64,000 bases of DNA from Gloeobacterales cyanobacterium (GCA_038245785.1 JBBRSB010000004.1:32001-96000), one strand, 5' to 3'. Numbered from the stretch's first letter, positions 1 to 10,374 are shown. A program made the numbers and translations. The notes: generated from the letters alone by a model not told the origin.

Positions 1-238
1 CCCCTTCCAGGGTGAATTAGATTTTCTGACCGTATATCCAGAAGCCTTGTTGAAAGCAGAAATTTTGGGCGCGGTCAATACGTCAGATCCTGGATTAGTG
101 ACGAAGGATGAAATTATTCAAGAACGCCTGCGTTTGCTCTATGTAGGGATTACACGGGCTCGTCATTATCTAAGTTTGAGTACTTTTGGTAATCAATCAA
201 GCGTCTTTACCTGGTTCTCTGAAGGCGTATGGTTTTAA
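1..238 (+). CDS. 3' end of UvrD/REP-family ATP-dependent helicase (partial, runs off the left edge)
   Basis: ERLRLLYVGITRARHYLSLS matches UvrD/SF1 motif VI. Confidence 0.85.
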   Translation, partial: PFQGELDFLTVYPEALLKAEILGAVNTSDPGLVTKDEIIQERLRLLYVGITRARHYLSLSTFGNQSSVFTWFSEGVWF

Positions 239-295
239 AGTGACTTGTATATATAGAGGATTGCACGGGTCTCCTCTAGTTTTCCTACTCCTGAT

Positions 296-895
296 TTAAA
301 TTAATTCTTGTTTGAGGATATTTGAGCATTCTTCCAAAGCATCCATCACTACATGAGGGTCTGCTGATTGCTGCATTATTTCTGCTTCGAGGTCAAGTCG
401 ATTTTTAACATTGGGCAAGTCTTTTCTAAGTTCTTCAACTAAGGCAATGAGTTTGGCAACTTTCTGCTCAGATAATAAATTGATTTGCAAAGCCAATTGT
501 GCCCGTTGCTCTGCTAACTGTTCCTGCCGACTCTGACGTACCAGCACCGCAGCCGTCATTACCAAAGAAACTAGACTAACTGACTCTTGTAGAAAGTAAA
601 AAGGGGGTGGATCGAAAACTGGAATGTTCCACTGACGAGGCAAAGCATTAACCGTAATCCATAACCCATTAACAGCTAAAAGACTGTAGAAAAAAGCTGA
701 ACGCCCAAAAACTTCAGTAATGTGCTCAATCAAACGTTGATGGTGCGTTACATCTTGTTCTGCTCGCACTCTTAAAGCATTAATAGTTTCAACATTTTGC
801 CCAATATAGTCTGGGTACTGTGGCTTAGACGGAGCAGAAAATTGCTGCGCAACCCGTCTCTTTATAGAACTAATCGTACGCTTTGGGTTTTCCAT
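296..895 (-). CDS. DUF1003-family membrane protein
   Basis: FDPPPFYFL followed by VLVRQSRQ and LQINLLSEQK, typical of DUF1003, with two hydrophobic segments. Confidence 0.8.
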   Translation of the reverse strand: MENPKRTISSIKRRVAQQFSAPSKPQYPDYIGQNVETINALRVRAEQDVTHHQRLIEHITEVFGRSAFFYSLLAVNGLWITVNALPRQWNIPVFDPPPFYFLQESVSLVSLVMTAAVLVRQSRQEQLAEQRAQLALQINLLSEQKVAKLIALVEELRKDLPNVKNRLDLEAEIMQQSADPHVVMDALEECSNILKQELI

Positions 896-944
896 GCTTG
901 CAGAGCGTTTCCAGTCTTAGTTGGTCTTGTAGCAATAGATGTCG

Positions 945-980
945 TGATTTGTGATCCATTTCGAAATGGATCACAAATCA
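945..980. terminator. 36-bp perfect palindrome/hairpin just after the stop of the small membrane-protein gene
   Basis: TGATTTGTGATCCATTTCGAAATGGATCACAAATCA is its own reverse complement and lies 4 nt past the TAA at 985. Confidence 0.55.
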
Positions 981-984
981 TCGT

Positions 985-1140
985 TTACACCGCGCTTCGA
1001 CCTGTAATCAGGTTATAAGCCACACCAATTAAAGCTAAAACTAAAAGGATGTGGATTAAGCCACCACCCACATGAACGGCAAACCCAAACAGCCATAGGA
1101 AGAACAAAACAACAACGCCTGTCCAAACTAAACTAACCAT
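985..1140 (-). CDS. Small lmo0937-family membrane protein (51 aa, below the ORF-track cutoff)
   Basis: Hand translation: MVSLVWTGVVVLFFLWLFGFAVHVGGGLIHILLVLALIGVAYNLITGRSAV, with the GGLIHILLVLA signature. Confidence 0.85.
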   Translation of the reverse strand: MVSLVWTGVVVLFFLWLFGFAVHVGGGLIHILLVLALIGVAYNLITGRSAV

Positions 1141-1259
1141 GACTATTACCTATATTTCTAATGCTGCGATACTAATATCGTAAGTAAATCTCTGTTAATT
1201 GGAACCCGCCTAAAGGAGTAGATTTTTTTGTGGTCTGGAAGGCTGCCGCTCTGACAGAG

Positions 1260-1275
1260 TGTAGTAATCAATACA
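1260..1275 (+). promoter_or_regulatory. NtcA-binding site upstream of cynS
   Basis: TGTA-gtaatcaa-TACA is a perfect GTA-N8-TAC. A -10-like GATAGT lies 22 nt downstream (1297-1302). Confidence 0.7.
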
Positions 1276-1460
1276 TTTTGAGCTTTTCGCGCCTGAGATA
1301 GTACCAACAACCTTATCCCTAACGATAAATCCTTAACGTTCAATGGAGAGACTGAATATGGGCTATGCCATCTAGCCTTTCAAACCCGAGAGATTAGAGG
1401 AGACCGAGAGCATTCTTCCCAATAACAGCTACACAACTCTTTACCCGATGAGGAATTTCC

Positions 1461-1904
1461 ATGGCCATTCTTGAAATCACCGATGTTCTGCTAGAAGCAA
1501 AAAAAGAACAGAAGCTTACCTTTGCTCAATTGGGAAAGCTCCTTGGACGCGATAAAGTCTGGGTGGCAGCCCTTTTCTATGGTCAGGCACGAGCTTCGGA
1601 GGATGAAGCGTCTAAGCTGTTAGATGCTCTAGATTTAGAAGAAGACTTAGCTGAAATCTTGACTGATTTTCCCCTCAAAGGGGCTCTGGATGAGACGGTC
1701 CCCAGTGACCCTCTGATCTATCGTTTTTATGAAATCATGCAGGTCTATGGCATGCCGATGAAGGACGTGATTCAGGAAGAATTTGGCGATGGGATCATGA
1801 GCGCTATCGATTTCACGCTCACGATTGACAAAGAAGAAGACCCGAAAGGGGACCGCGTAGTCGTTACCTACAATGGCAAATTCTTACCCTACAAAAAATG
1901 GTGA
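1461..1904 (+). CDS. cynS: Cyanate hydratase (cyanase)
   Basis: [24 protein letters not shown] and GKFLPY motifs; 147 aa; AGGA ribosome-binding site. Confidence 0.97.
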   Translation: MAILEITDVLLEAKKEQKLTFAQLGKLLGRDKVWVAALFYGQARASEDEASKLLDALDLEEDLAEILTDFPLKGALDETVPSDPLIYRFYEIMQVYGMPMKDVIQEEFGDGIMSAIDFTLTIDKEEDPKGDRVVVTYNGKFLPYKKW

Positions 1905-1972
1905 CAGCGGATGAGCAGGGTCTTCTTCGAGACAGAGAAGACTCTGCTTTTTCGCTATACTGAAGCCCAACT

Positions 1973-2563
1973 ATGGCTAATCTCAAACGCACGCGAGACG
2001 ATATTCTGGTATCCATTCTTGACACTGTCCACCGTAAAGGCTTCAACGCGACGGGACTAAGTGAGCTATTTTCTGTTAGCGGTGCATCGTCTGGAAGCTT
2101 CTATAACTACTTTCACTCTAAGCATGAACTGGGCCATGCCTTGATTGACTTTGAGTGGAAAAGTCTTAGGGAACAGATCATCGAGCCGTCCTTTAGCGAA
2201 CATGAAGACCCGATTCTCCAACTGAGGGCGATGCTTGACCGCTTGGAGGCGAAACAGTTATCAGCCCCTGATTGTGCCGGTTGTTTGCTGGGAAATTTGA
2301 TTGTAGATTTAGTCGAGCAGGATGAATCTTTCCGCACCCATCTCATCGCTGTATTTGATGAATGGGAAGCAAGAATTGCGGAGGCCCTCAGCCGAGATAG
2401 CGATCAAGTCGCTCCTGAGGTGATAGCAGAACAAATGACCACCCTGCTTGAGGGCGTGATGTTGATGGGCAGGCTACGCCGCGACCACGATCGAGTTCGT
2501 CGTGGGTTTGCTGCTGCCCGCAATTTGCTCCAGCAGTCCACAAAGTCTAAGGTCTCTGCCTAA
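1973..2563 (+). CDS. TetR/AcrR-family regulator (NemR/LmrA-like)
   Basis: N-terminal HTH (GFNATGLSEL...GSFYNYFHSK) and a C-terminal GCLLGNL motif. Confidence 0.9.
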   Translation: MANLKRTRDDILVSILDTVHRKGFNATGLSELFSVSGASSGSFYNYFHSKHELGHALIDFEWKSLREQIIEPSFSEHEDPILQLRAMLDRLEAKQLSAPDCAGCLLGNLIVDLVEQDESFRTHLIAVFDEWEARIAEALSRDSDQVAPEVIAEQMTTLLEGVMLMGRLRRDHDRVRRGFAAARNLLQQSTKSKVSA

Positions 2564-2618
2564 ATTGGGTGAGCCGTAGCGTAAGACACTTTAATTTTAT
2601 CCAAACTCGATTAATTAT

Positions 2619-2632
2619 ATAGAACGTTCTAT
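2619..2632. promoter_or_regulatory. Candidate TetR operator upstream of the rhodanese gene
   Basis: 14-bp perfect palindrome ATAGAACGTTCTAT in the AT-rich intergenic region. Confidence 0.5.
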
Positions 2633-2720
2633 TTAGAATTTATCTCTGAGGCTAACGGTTGAGCCTGAGCGGATTATGGCTATGCAAAGAACCAACCTAT
2701 GAAAAAGGAGTAGGACCGAC

Positions 2721-3596
2721 ATGGAAGTTTCACCCTTGATTTCTCCAGCCCAGTTAGCGTTAGAGAAGGAACAGGAGTCTGTCGTTATCATCGATACCCG
2801 TGCCCCGGAAGAGTACGCCATTTCCCATATCCCTGGTGCGGTGAACATCCGCGAAATATTTACCTATTTGACCAACTCCACCCCAGAAGCTTTGCTCGGC
2901 CTGCAGTCCTTATTTTCAGAAATTCTTGGCGCGGCTGGTCTGTCGGGCGAAGAACGGGCGGTTATTTACGAAGATGCGATGGACAGTGGCTATGGACAAT
3001 CTTGCCGGGGATATTTTTTACTGAAGTATCTAGGGTATCCCAAGGTATCTGTTTTGCATGGAGGCTATAAAGCATGGCAGGCTGCAGGGCTTTCGACCAC
3101 AGCAGAAGTGCCCACGCCTCAGAAGAAAGTGCTTCCCCTAGAGATTAATACTTCGATCATGGTCACAACCGAGGAAATGCTGAGCGCACTCAGTGACCCA
3201 AAGGTGATCAAGTTGGATGTCCGAGATTATGACGAGTGGATAGGCACTAGTTCTTCGCCCTATGGGGTGGATTTCTGCCCGCGCAAAGGCCGGATTCCAG
3301 GTGCCGTCTGGATTGAGTGGTATGAGATGATGATGCCCGATTCCGAAATTCCAATGTTCAAGTCTAAAGAAGAAATTATCGCACTCTGCGAGGAAGTGGG
3401 CATCACACCGGATTCTGCGGTATACGTCTATTGCTTCAAGGGGTCTCGCGCTTCTAACACGCTGCTGGCCCTGAAAGAAGCAGGAATTAAAGATGTCCGC
3501 AACTACTTTAGCTCCTGGAATGAATGGTCTCGTGACCCATCTCTTCCGATTGAAACGGGGCAACCCAGTCCAGTCAGTATGGTTTCCCGTGTTTAA
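2721..3596 (+). CDS. Tandem-domain rhodanese/sulfurtransferase
   Basis: HIPGAV and GRIPGAV repeats, catalytic loop YCFKGSRA, and C-terminal NYFSSWNEW. Confidence 0.93.
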   Translation: MEVSPLISPAQLALEKEQESVVIIDTRAPEEYAISHIPGAVNIREIFTYLTNSTPEALLGLQSLFSEILGAAGLSGEERAVIYEDAMDSGYGQSCRGYFLLKYLGYPKVSVLHGGYKAWQAAGLSTTAEVPTPQKKVLPLEINTSIMVTTEEMLSALSDPKVIKLDVRDYDEWIGTSSSPYGVDFCPRKGRIPGAVWIEWYEMMMPDSEIPMFKSKEEIIALCEEVGITPDSAVYVYCFKGSRASNTLLALKEAGIKDVRNYFSSWNEWSRDPSLPIETGQPSPVSMVSRV

Positions 3597-3652
3597 CTGG
3601 CTACTCAGAATTCCCTATGCGCCGATGCTGAGTAGCAGCTAAAGATAGATAC

Positions 3653-3678
3653 AAAAACCCCCGGTCGAGGCCGGGGGA
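3653..3678. terminator. GC-rich hairpin between the convergent rhodanese and vapC genes
   Basis: AAAAA-CCCCCGG-tcgagg-CCGGGGG; the U-tract is on the minus strand. Confidence 0.6.
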
Positions 3679-3744
3679 TAGGGAAGATTCTTGTCAATAT
3701 AGAGATGTCATTTTATTCATTTGGTAACACATCTTTCTTCTGCA

Positions 3745-4173
3745 CTACAGCACTTGGACTTTCTGGGCAATGGCCTCACCCAAACGAGTAAAGTGTTTAG
3801 GGTTAAGCGTTAAGAGCGCATCAGCTTGGGCTTTAATTACCGCTTGAGCAATCAGAGCATCGAAGATGCCACCACCGGGTAATTGATGCTGAACCATGAG
3901 GCTAATCGCCGCAATGTAATCTTCTGTAGAAAGGGGGATGAGTTCAAAGGTTTGTAGATTATCGCGAATCAGCTCTTGCGCTAGGGCAGGGGGAATTCGA
4001 GTTTGAGGAATCCGTGTCAGTACAGAATAGAGTTCTGCCAAGGTATGGGTGGTGGCGAGGCCATTGATTTGCCTTGCTTGAGCTTGTTGGAGCATAGATA
4101 AGCATGTCGTATGGCGAGTGTGCCCGGTCAGCATGGCGGCAACGAGCACTGAGGTATCAAAGAGATATTTCAT
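3745..4173 (-). CDS. vapC: PIN-domain toxin (VapC family)
   Basis: YLFDTSVLVA, TLAELYSVLT, IFDALIA and LLTLNPKHF PIN motifs. Confidence 0.9.
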   Translation of the reverse strand: MKYLFDTSVLVAAMLTGHTRHTTCLSMLQQAQARQINGLATTHTLAELYSVLTRIPQTRIPPALAQELIRDNLQTFELIPLSTEDYIAAISLMVQHQLPGGGIFDALIAQAVIKAQADALLTLNPKHFTRLGEAIAQKVQVL

Positions 4174-4427
4174 GCGCCAATTTGGCTTTGAATGCGTTCT
4201 TCGCGCAGGTCATCGATTAGAGTATCGAGATTACCAAGCGGTGGGGTGTCCAGTACCAAGGCGGTGCCTTCACGATGGACTTTAGCTTCTTGGCTTACGG
4301 GTTGGAGAATAATGCAGCCGTTGCTGACTTCCAGATTGAGGGATTGGGAATCCATGAGGCCAAGCTGTTGGCGAATTTCTAGGGGTATTTCTAAACGTCC
4401 GGTTTCGTCGATGATGATGGCAGTCAT
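4170..4427 (-). CDS. vapB: AbrB/MazE/SpoVT-family antitoxin
   Basis: IDETGRLEIPLEIRQQLGL AbrB fold; ATGA overlap with the PIN gene. Confidence 0.88.
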   Translation of the reverse strand: MTAIIIDETGRLEIPLEIRQQLGLMDSQSLNLEVSNGCIILQPVSQEAKVHREGTALVLDTPPLGNLDTLIDDLREERIQSQIGA

Positions 4428-4676
4428 GGGTATGTTTCCTGCTAGACAGTCAAACGGTTTGCTAATTCAATAATTATAGTCAGTGACCCTGAGCAGCTTG
4501 TCATTTGGGAGTGGCAACAATTATTAATCGGTCGAGGGCATTGCAGCTATAAGCTGCACTTACCTCATTGGGCAAACTCATTCCCGCTTTACAGTCTAAA
4601 GCACCGTAATTGAATCCTAAAGTCTAAGACCCTTCCGTTATTGACCTCAGGCGGTCATTATCATCTTAGAAAGGTT

Positions 4677-5192
4677 ATTTATTCAACATTGATAAATCTC
4701 TTATTCTTAGTATTTGATCGGTCGGATCTTTGGCATCTGTATTAAAACGAAATTTTATATTTTTGCCTTGCACTGTTGTAATTATCATTTCTGAAAACAT
4801 ATGGTTTGTTTTTTCGATGTCAAGTCCACTTACCTCTGCCCAACTGATTTCACGTGCTAGAGAATATATTTTGTATAGGCTAATTCTTTGCCTGGTATAG
4901 CTATTCCTGCAAAAGAACTAAATGAGTACTGGTCATAAAATATCAATGCTACCCAAAAACCTATGTAAATGCAAAATCCTAGAAGACCTTGATATTCAAT
5001 TATTTCACTAAAGTATTTAAGACTTAGTATATTGGCACCAGCATAAATGGGGAAAACTATAAGTACTAATACCAGACAAAAAATACCCATAAGGGAAAAA
5101 ACAGATTCAATATTCCAGCAGGTTATTGTTTCATTATCTTCTGTTGGCGGAAACTCCATTTTATTGATTGCATCCACATTCGAAAACCTCAA
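4677..5192 (-). pseudogene. AT-rich two-TM hypothetical protein, apparently frameshifted near 4860
   Basis: The ORF 5192-4857 stops, but another frame continues LAREISWAEVSGLDIEKTNHMFSEMIITTVQGKNIKFRF...NK to a TAA near 4677. Confidence 0.45.
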
Positions 5193-5285
5193 TAGCTATA
5201 GTTCCCAAATTTCCAACGACAGGATAAGGGCTGATCAAACGTTCAGCAGAACGAAATATCTCTAAATCTATAGAGGCAAAGGGAA

Positions 5286-5843
5286 TCAGCTAAAAGCGGG
5301 ATCTTTGAGATAGTCCTGGAAGCTCATTGCCTGTTGGTCTTTTTTCGATAGGACCGGGTCTTTGAGCGGCCAATCGATGCCTATGTCAGGATCATTCCAA
5401 GCCAAGCTTTTCTCTGCCGTAGGACTGTAATAGCCCGTCTGTTTATACTGCACTTCGACAAAGTCTGTGAGCGAGGCGAAACCATGGGCAAAACCAGGAG
5501 GGATGTAAAACTGCTTCTTATTCGCGGCGGAGAGTTCAAGTCCGAACCATTTGCCAAAAGTGGGAGAGCTGGCCCGTAAGTCCACCACCACATCAAAAAC
5601 AGTGCCGAGCGTACAGCGGACCAATTTACCTAAGGGCGCGGTCATATCTTGATAGTGCAACCCTCGCAACACGCCATAGGTAGACCGAGAGTGGTTTTCC
5701 TGGAAGAATTCCAGGTCCAAGCCCATCGCTGCAAAATCTTTCTTTTGCCAGACCTCCATAAAGAAGCCCCGCTCATCTTCAAAACATTGAACATCAATGA
5801 TTACAGGACCCTCTAGCGGAGTCTTAGTCAGTTCGGCCTTCAT
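5286..5843 (-). CDS. rfbC: dTDP-4-dehydrorhamnose 3,5-epimerase
   Basis: DERGFFME, GVLRGLHYQ and IPPGFAHGF motifs. Confidence 0.96.
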   Translation of the reverse strand: MKAELTKTPLEGPVIIDVQCFEDERGFFMEVWQKKDFAAMGLDLEFFQENHSRSTYGVLRGLHYQDMTAPLGKLVRCTLGTVFDVVVDLRASSPTFGKWFGLELSAANKKQFYIPPGFAHGFASLTDFVEVQYKQTGYYSPTAEKSLAWNDPDIGIDWPLKDPVLSKKDQQAMSFQDYLKDPAFS

Positions 5844-5872
5844 AGTGCTTCGTCGTTCCTCAAAAGGACAAT

Positions 5873-6946
5873 CTAGGGAATCTCAATGTGAGAATCATCT
5901 CCTAACAAAAAGCGATAGGCTTTGGGCTGGGATGGGGCGCGGGAGAGTTTGGCCCGACGACCGATTAGGCTATCTACAATCCGACTATCGATGCCCTCTA
6001 CCACCGCTCCTTCGAGGATTACGGAGTGTTCTATATCCACGCCTCTTAGCAAGACTCCATCGGCAATGCTGGAATAGGGACCAATGAAGCAATCTTCCAA
6101 GATGCAGTTGCGACCAATCACCACCGGACCTCGTATCGAACAGCGAATCAGGTCGCTGCCTGGACCCACCTGGACGCGACCAACTAATTGGGTTTGTTCA
6201 TCTTTAGTGCCCTGGAAACCTGTTTGACACCGCTCGTCTAGGAGGATGCGATTGGCTTCGAGCATGTCATCTTTCTTTCCAGTATCCAGCCACCAACCCT
6301 GTAGTTCTTCGGCTTGGACCGCATACTGACCATCAATCAGATGTTGGATCGCATCCGTAATCTCCAATTCTCCCCGCGGTGAGGGCAGAATCTGGGCAAT
6401 GGACTGATGGACTTGAGGAGAGAAGAAATAGACCCCAACCAAGGCCAGATTCGAAGGCGGATCTTTGGGTTTTTCTATCAAGCGCAGCACTTTACCTTGC
6501 CCATCAATCTGGGCCACGCCGAACGCTCTCGGATTTTTTACCTGTCTCAGCAGAATCAAAGCATCTAGACTCTCCGCTTTAAACTGTTCGATAAAGCGAT
6601 CCAGATCATCACAAATCAGGTTATCCCCCAGATACATGACAAAGGGAGAATCTTTCAAAAAGTCCTGGCTCGTTTTTACCGCATGGGCCAAGCCAGAAGG
6701 ATGGTCCTGGCGAATGTAGGTCAGCTTCGCTCCAAACTGTTCGCCATTTCCTGTTACCTGCTGGATTTCATCCCCCGTCTCCGGGCTAATCACAATCCCA
6801 ATTTCAGTGACGCCCGCTTTGACCATCGCTTCCAGACCATACCAAAGCACGGGCTTGTTGGCTACAGGAACCAGTTGTTTTGCGCCTGTATAGGTCAAGG
6901 GCCTAAGCCGAGTGCCCTTGCCTCCCGAGAGAATTAGTCCACGCAT
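5873..6946 (-). CDS. rfbA: Glucose-1-phosphate thymidylyltransferase (long form)
   Basis: GGKGTRLRPLT, AKQLVPVANKP and RGELEITDA, with a C-terminal hexapeptide region. Confidence 0.95.
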   Translation of the reverse strand: MRGLILSGGKGTRLRPLTYTGAKQLVPVANKPVLWYGLEAMVKAGVTEIGIVISPETGDEIQQVTGNGEQFGAKLTYIRQDHPSGLAHAVKTSQDFLKDSPFVMYLGDNLICDDLDRFIEQFKAESLDALILLRQVKNPRAFGVAQIDGQGKVLRLIEKPKDPPSNLALVGVYFFSPQVHQSIAQILPSPRGELEITDAIQHLIDGQYAVQAEELQGWWLDTGKKDDMLEANRILLDERCQTGFQGTKDEQTQLVGRVQVGPGSDLIRCSIRGPVVIGRNCILEDCFIGPYSSIADGVLLRGVDIEHSVILEGAVVEGIDSRIVDSLIGRRAKLSRAPSQPKAYRFLLGDDSHIEIP

Positions 6947-7794
6947 GGTTTAGCCTCAGCTAAGTATTGACTCAAACTTTCACGCCAATCGGTTAAAGGA
7001 ATTCCCAAATTGTGCAGAGAGGATTTATCGAGCAAAGAATATTGGGGTCTGGGAGCAGGCCGCTTAAATTCTTCAGTCGTCACCGGACGGACAGGCGTTG
7101 TTAGCCCCTTCTGTCGCAGAATTTCCTGGGCGAAATCGAACCAGGTGCAGGTTCCTTCATCACTGCAATGGTGTATTCCGTATTGCTCTGTCTGAATTAA
7201 TTGCTCTAAGGCTTTGGCCAGGGTCATCGTCCAGGTGGGGGAACCCTTTTGGTCCGCCACCACCTTCAGTTCTGTCTGGGTTTGGGCCAGATGGATCATC
7301 GTATCGACAAAGTTTTTGCCATGCTTGCCGTAGAGCCAACTGGTGCGCACGATGAAGTAACGTTCGAGGATGCCTTGAACAGCCCATTCTCCCATCAGCT
7401 TAGAACGCCCGTAGACGCCTAGCGGAGCCGTAGGATCATTGGGAAGATAGGGATGCGGCTGGGTTCCGTTGAATACGTAGTCTGTGGAGATGTACACCAT
7501 CGCTGCGTCTATCGCTTTACAGGCCACGGCGACATTCTGCGTGCCATAGCCATTGACGAGGTAAGCAGTAGCAGCATCGGACTCTGCTTTGTCTACGGCC
7601 GTATAGGCAGCTCCATGGATCACCACCTGCGGGCGATGAGCAGTGAAGAAAGCCTGTACCGCTTCAGGCTTAGTAATGTCCAATTCTTTGAGATCCGCCG
7701 CCAAGACCTGATGGCCTTGTTGCTTTAAATAGGGCACGAGATCTTGTCCCAGCATCCCTCTTGCCCCAGTCACCAGCACATGCATAGAAGTCAT
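6934..7794 (-). CDS. rfbD: dTDP-4-dehydrorhamnose reductase
   Basis: TGARGMLG, AAYTAVDKAE, STDYVF and YGRSK motifs. Confidence 0.96.
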   Translation of the reverse strand: MTSMHVLVTGARGMLGQDLVPYLKQQGHQVLAADLKELDITKPEAVQAFFTAHRPQVVIHGAAYTAVDKAESDAATAYLVNGYGTQNVAVACKAIDAAMVYISTDYVFNGTQPHPYLPNDPTAPLGVYGRSKLMGEWAVQGILERYFIVRTSWLYGKHGKNFVDTMIHLAQTQTELKVVADQKGSPTWTMTLAKALEQLIQTEQYGIHHCSDEGTCTWFDFAQEILRQKGLTTPVRPVTTEEFKRPAPRPQYSLLDKSSLHNLGIPLTDWRESLSQYLAEAKPCVD

Positions 7795-7796
7795 AG

Positions 7797-8783
7797 TTAT
7801 ACCAGTGGGGTGAGATCTTTGCGGACACGGTGCACCCAGTCCTGATGGCTCAGATACCAGTCCACGGTTCGGGCCAATCCAGTCTCAAAATCCACCGTTG
7901 GTTGCCAGCCGAGCGTGTCACCGATTTTCTTAGGGTCAATGGCATAGCGCAGGTCGTGACCAAGCCGGTCTGTGACAAACTCAATCAGGTCTTCTGACTT
8001 GCCCATCAGTTCCAGAAGCTTGCGAATCACTTGCAGGTTGGTCCGTTCATTGTGCCCACCCACGTTATAGATCTGACCACTTTCACCCTGGTGCAGCACG
8101 ATATCCATCGCCCGACAATGGTCTTCTACATAAAGCCAATCACGGACATTTTGACCATTGCCATAAACCGGCAACGGCTTATTCTCTAAAGCCAGGGCAA
8201 TGAAGTATGGAATCAACTTCTCGGGCAGCTGATACGGCCCGTAGTTATTGGAACAGCGGGTGGTGACGACTTCCATGCCAAAGGTCTCATGATAGGCCCG
8301 CACATAAAAATCAGCCCCGGCTTTACTGGCTGCATAGGGACTATTCGGCGCTAGCGGAGTTTCTTCGGTGAAATACCCTTCTGCACCCAGAGTTCCATAT
8401 ACTTCATCCGTCGAACATTGCAAGAAGCGACGCACTCCATACTCGCGAGCCGCATCGAGGAGCACCTGAGTGCCCGTAATATTGGTCTCGATAAATATGC
8501 CTGGATTTTTGATACTGCGGTCCACGTGGGACTCAGCAGCCAAATTCATGATGTAATCCACACCTTGACGGACGACTTGCCGCACAAAATCTTTATCTTG
8601 CAGTTGTCCCTTGAAGAATCGATAGCTAGGGTTTGCTTCCAAATCCTCTACGTTTTCAGGTCTGCCAGCGTAGGTCAGTGCATCCAGATTCCATATTTGA
8701 TACTCAGGATAGGTGCGCAGTAAGTGACGTACAAGATTAGAACCGATAAACCCGCATCCACCTGTTACCAATAGGGTTGTCAT
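7797..8783 (-). CDS. rfbB: dTDP-glucose 4,6-dehydratase
   Basis: GGCGFIG, AAESHVDRSI, STDEVYG and YAASK motifs. Confidence 0.97.
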   Translation of the reverse strand: MTTLLVTGGCGFIGSNLVRHLLRTYPEYQIWNLDALTYAGRPENVEDLEANPSYRFFKGQLQDKDFVRQVVRQGVDYIMNLAAESHVDRSIKNPGIFIETNITGTQVLLDAAREYGVRRFLQCSTDEVYGTLGAEGYFTEETPLAPNSPYAASKAGADFYVRAYHETFGMEVVTTRCSNNYGPYQLPEKLIPYFIALALENKPLPVYGNGQNVRDWLYVEDHCRAMDIVLHQGESGQIYNVGGHNERTNLQVIRKLLELMGKSEDLIEFVTDRLGHDLRYAIDPKKIGDTLGWQPTVDFETGLARTVDWYLSHQDWVHRVRKDLTPLV

Positions 8784-8889
8784 TCAAGGTTTCCTCATCC
8801 CCAATGTTAAAGAACTTAACAGAAAATCACCTGATTCGTGAGGGACGATCTAAAAAAAGGTCTCAGTACTTATTTCGTACCAGCGGTAA

Positions 8890-9726
8890 CTAAGTTTTCT
8901 TTTTACTTTTAGTTTTTTTCTTGGGTGTTTCTTTCGAATCTGTACCGCCCCGATAAGTAAATGCACGAATCACCGTTCCTTCTTTGGGTATATTGCCCGC
9001 AATAAAGCTGGCCTGGTCCGAGCCATACACCTGTACATCTCCTGGCGGAAACAATTTCATAAAGTCTTCCATACCGACTAAAGTGCAGCTTTCATCGGCT
9101 GCTTGTGTCTTGAAATGAGTTGGGATTACTATCCGTGGATTGAGGTCACTTACCGCTTGCTTAGCGGCTTCTGGCCCATAGGCTTTTTCACCACCGCCCA
9201 CAGGAATCAACAGAATATCGGGAGTCCCCAGTAGAATTTTCTGCTCGGAGGTCAGCGGAGAAGCAATCCCTCCCAAGTGCACAACTTTGATGCCAGCCTG
9301 TTGCCAACTCCAGGCCACATTCACTCCGTAGCGGTTCCCCTCTTTTTGGTCATGGTAGGTGCGCACCCCTTGAAATTTCAAGCTGTCGACATTGTAAATA
9401 CCGGGTTCAAACAGGACCTTAGGATTGCCTGGAATCACTTCTAGGGAACCTTCATCGAGCAAACGAGAACTTAGCAATACCAAATTGGAAGCCACAGAAG
9501 GCCGCCTATAGCCTGCAGTACAGCCTGATGGTTTAAAGGGATTGACCAAGATGGTCGATTCTGCAGAACTAAACAAAAAGCAGGTATGTCCTAACCAACG
9601 GATGTTCAAGGATTTCCCGGCTTTTGGGCGTTCTTTAGCGGTTTGAGCTTGTGCAGTGGAGCCCAATAGATCTAAGGGGGCTATTGCTGCGGTTAGCCCT
9701 AGGGCTAGAAGAATACGTCGCTTCAT
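8890..9726 (-). CDS. Exported MBL-fold metallo-hydrolase-like protein (cyanobacterial type)
   Basis: WLGHTCF, LLIPVGGG and IVIPTHF motifs, an N-terminal signal peptide, and position downstream of trpG. Confidence 0.85.
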   Translation of the reverse strand: MKRRILLALGLTAAIAPLDLLGSTAQAQTAKERPKAGKSLNIRWLGHTCFLFSSAESTILVNPFKPSGCTAGYRRPSVASNLVLLSSRLLDEGSLEVIPGNPKVLFEPGIYNVDSLKFQGVRTYHDQKEGNRYGVNVAWSWQQAGIKVVHLGGIASPLTSEQKILLGTPDILLIPVGGGEKAYGPEAAKQAVSDLNPRIVIPTHFKTQAADESCTLVGMEDFMKLFPPGDVQVYGSDQASFIAGNIPKEGTVIRAFTYRGGTDSKETPKKKTKSKKKT

Positions 9727-9747
9727 GAAAATCCTTATCGAGAACTA

Positions 9748-10374
9748 TTAAGGCTGAGGTTGGTGAGGTCGCCTGGGCGGTAGCGCTTCCAGAAAATTGA
9801 TCAACAACGCCTTACCTTGGGTTGTCAAAATGCTTTCTGGATGGAATTGAACACCCTGGAGAGAAGGGTAATCCCGATGCTGGACGCCCATTATTACGCC
9901 ATCTTCTGTAGAGGCCGTGATCCGTAAGGTATCCGGACACGTTTCTCGCTGGATGACCAAGGAGTGGTATCGGGTCGCGGTAAAGGGATTGGGCAGTCCT
10001 TGAAATACTCCGACGCCCTCATGAAAAATCGGAGAGGTTTTGCCGTGCATCAGGGTAGGTGCTGCTACGACCTGAGCTCCATAGTTAAGACCAATGCACT
10101 GGTGTCCCAGGCAGACACCCAGAATCGGAACGGTCCCGGCCAGTTCCCGGATAATGTCATTGCAGACCCCCGCTTGCTCGGGTCGTCCTGGACCTGGCGA
10201 GAGCACAATCCCCTGAGGCTGGAGCTGACGGATCTCTTCTAGAGAGATTTGGTCATTGCGATATACCTGGATATAGTCGTCATGCTCAAAGCCCTCGGCT
10301 GCCGCACTGAGTTCTCCCAGGTACTGCACCAGATTGTGTGTAAAGCTATCGTAGTTATCAATAACTAGAATCAT
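9748..10374 (-). CDS. trpG: Anthranilate/aminodeoxychorismate synthase component II
   Basis: [20 protein letters not shown] and QFHPES motifs. Confidence 0.95.
   Translation of the reverse strand: MILVIDNYDSFTHNLVQYLGELSAAAEGFEHDDYIQVYRNDQISLEEIRQLQPQGIVLSPGPGRPEQAGVCNDIIRELAGTVPILGVCLGHQCIGLNYGAQVVAAPTLMHGKTSPIFHEGVGVFQGLPNPFTATRYHSLVIQRETCPDTLRITASTEDGVIMGVQHRDYPSLQGVQFHPESILTTQGKALLINFLEALPPRRPHQPQP

Noticed and set aside
1340..1440. GGAGAGACTG leader upstream of cynS resembling a glycine riboswitch start
   Set aside because: The downstream CCGAAG and CTCTCAGG core elements are absent.
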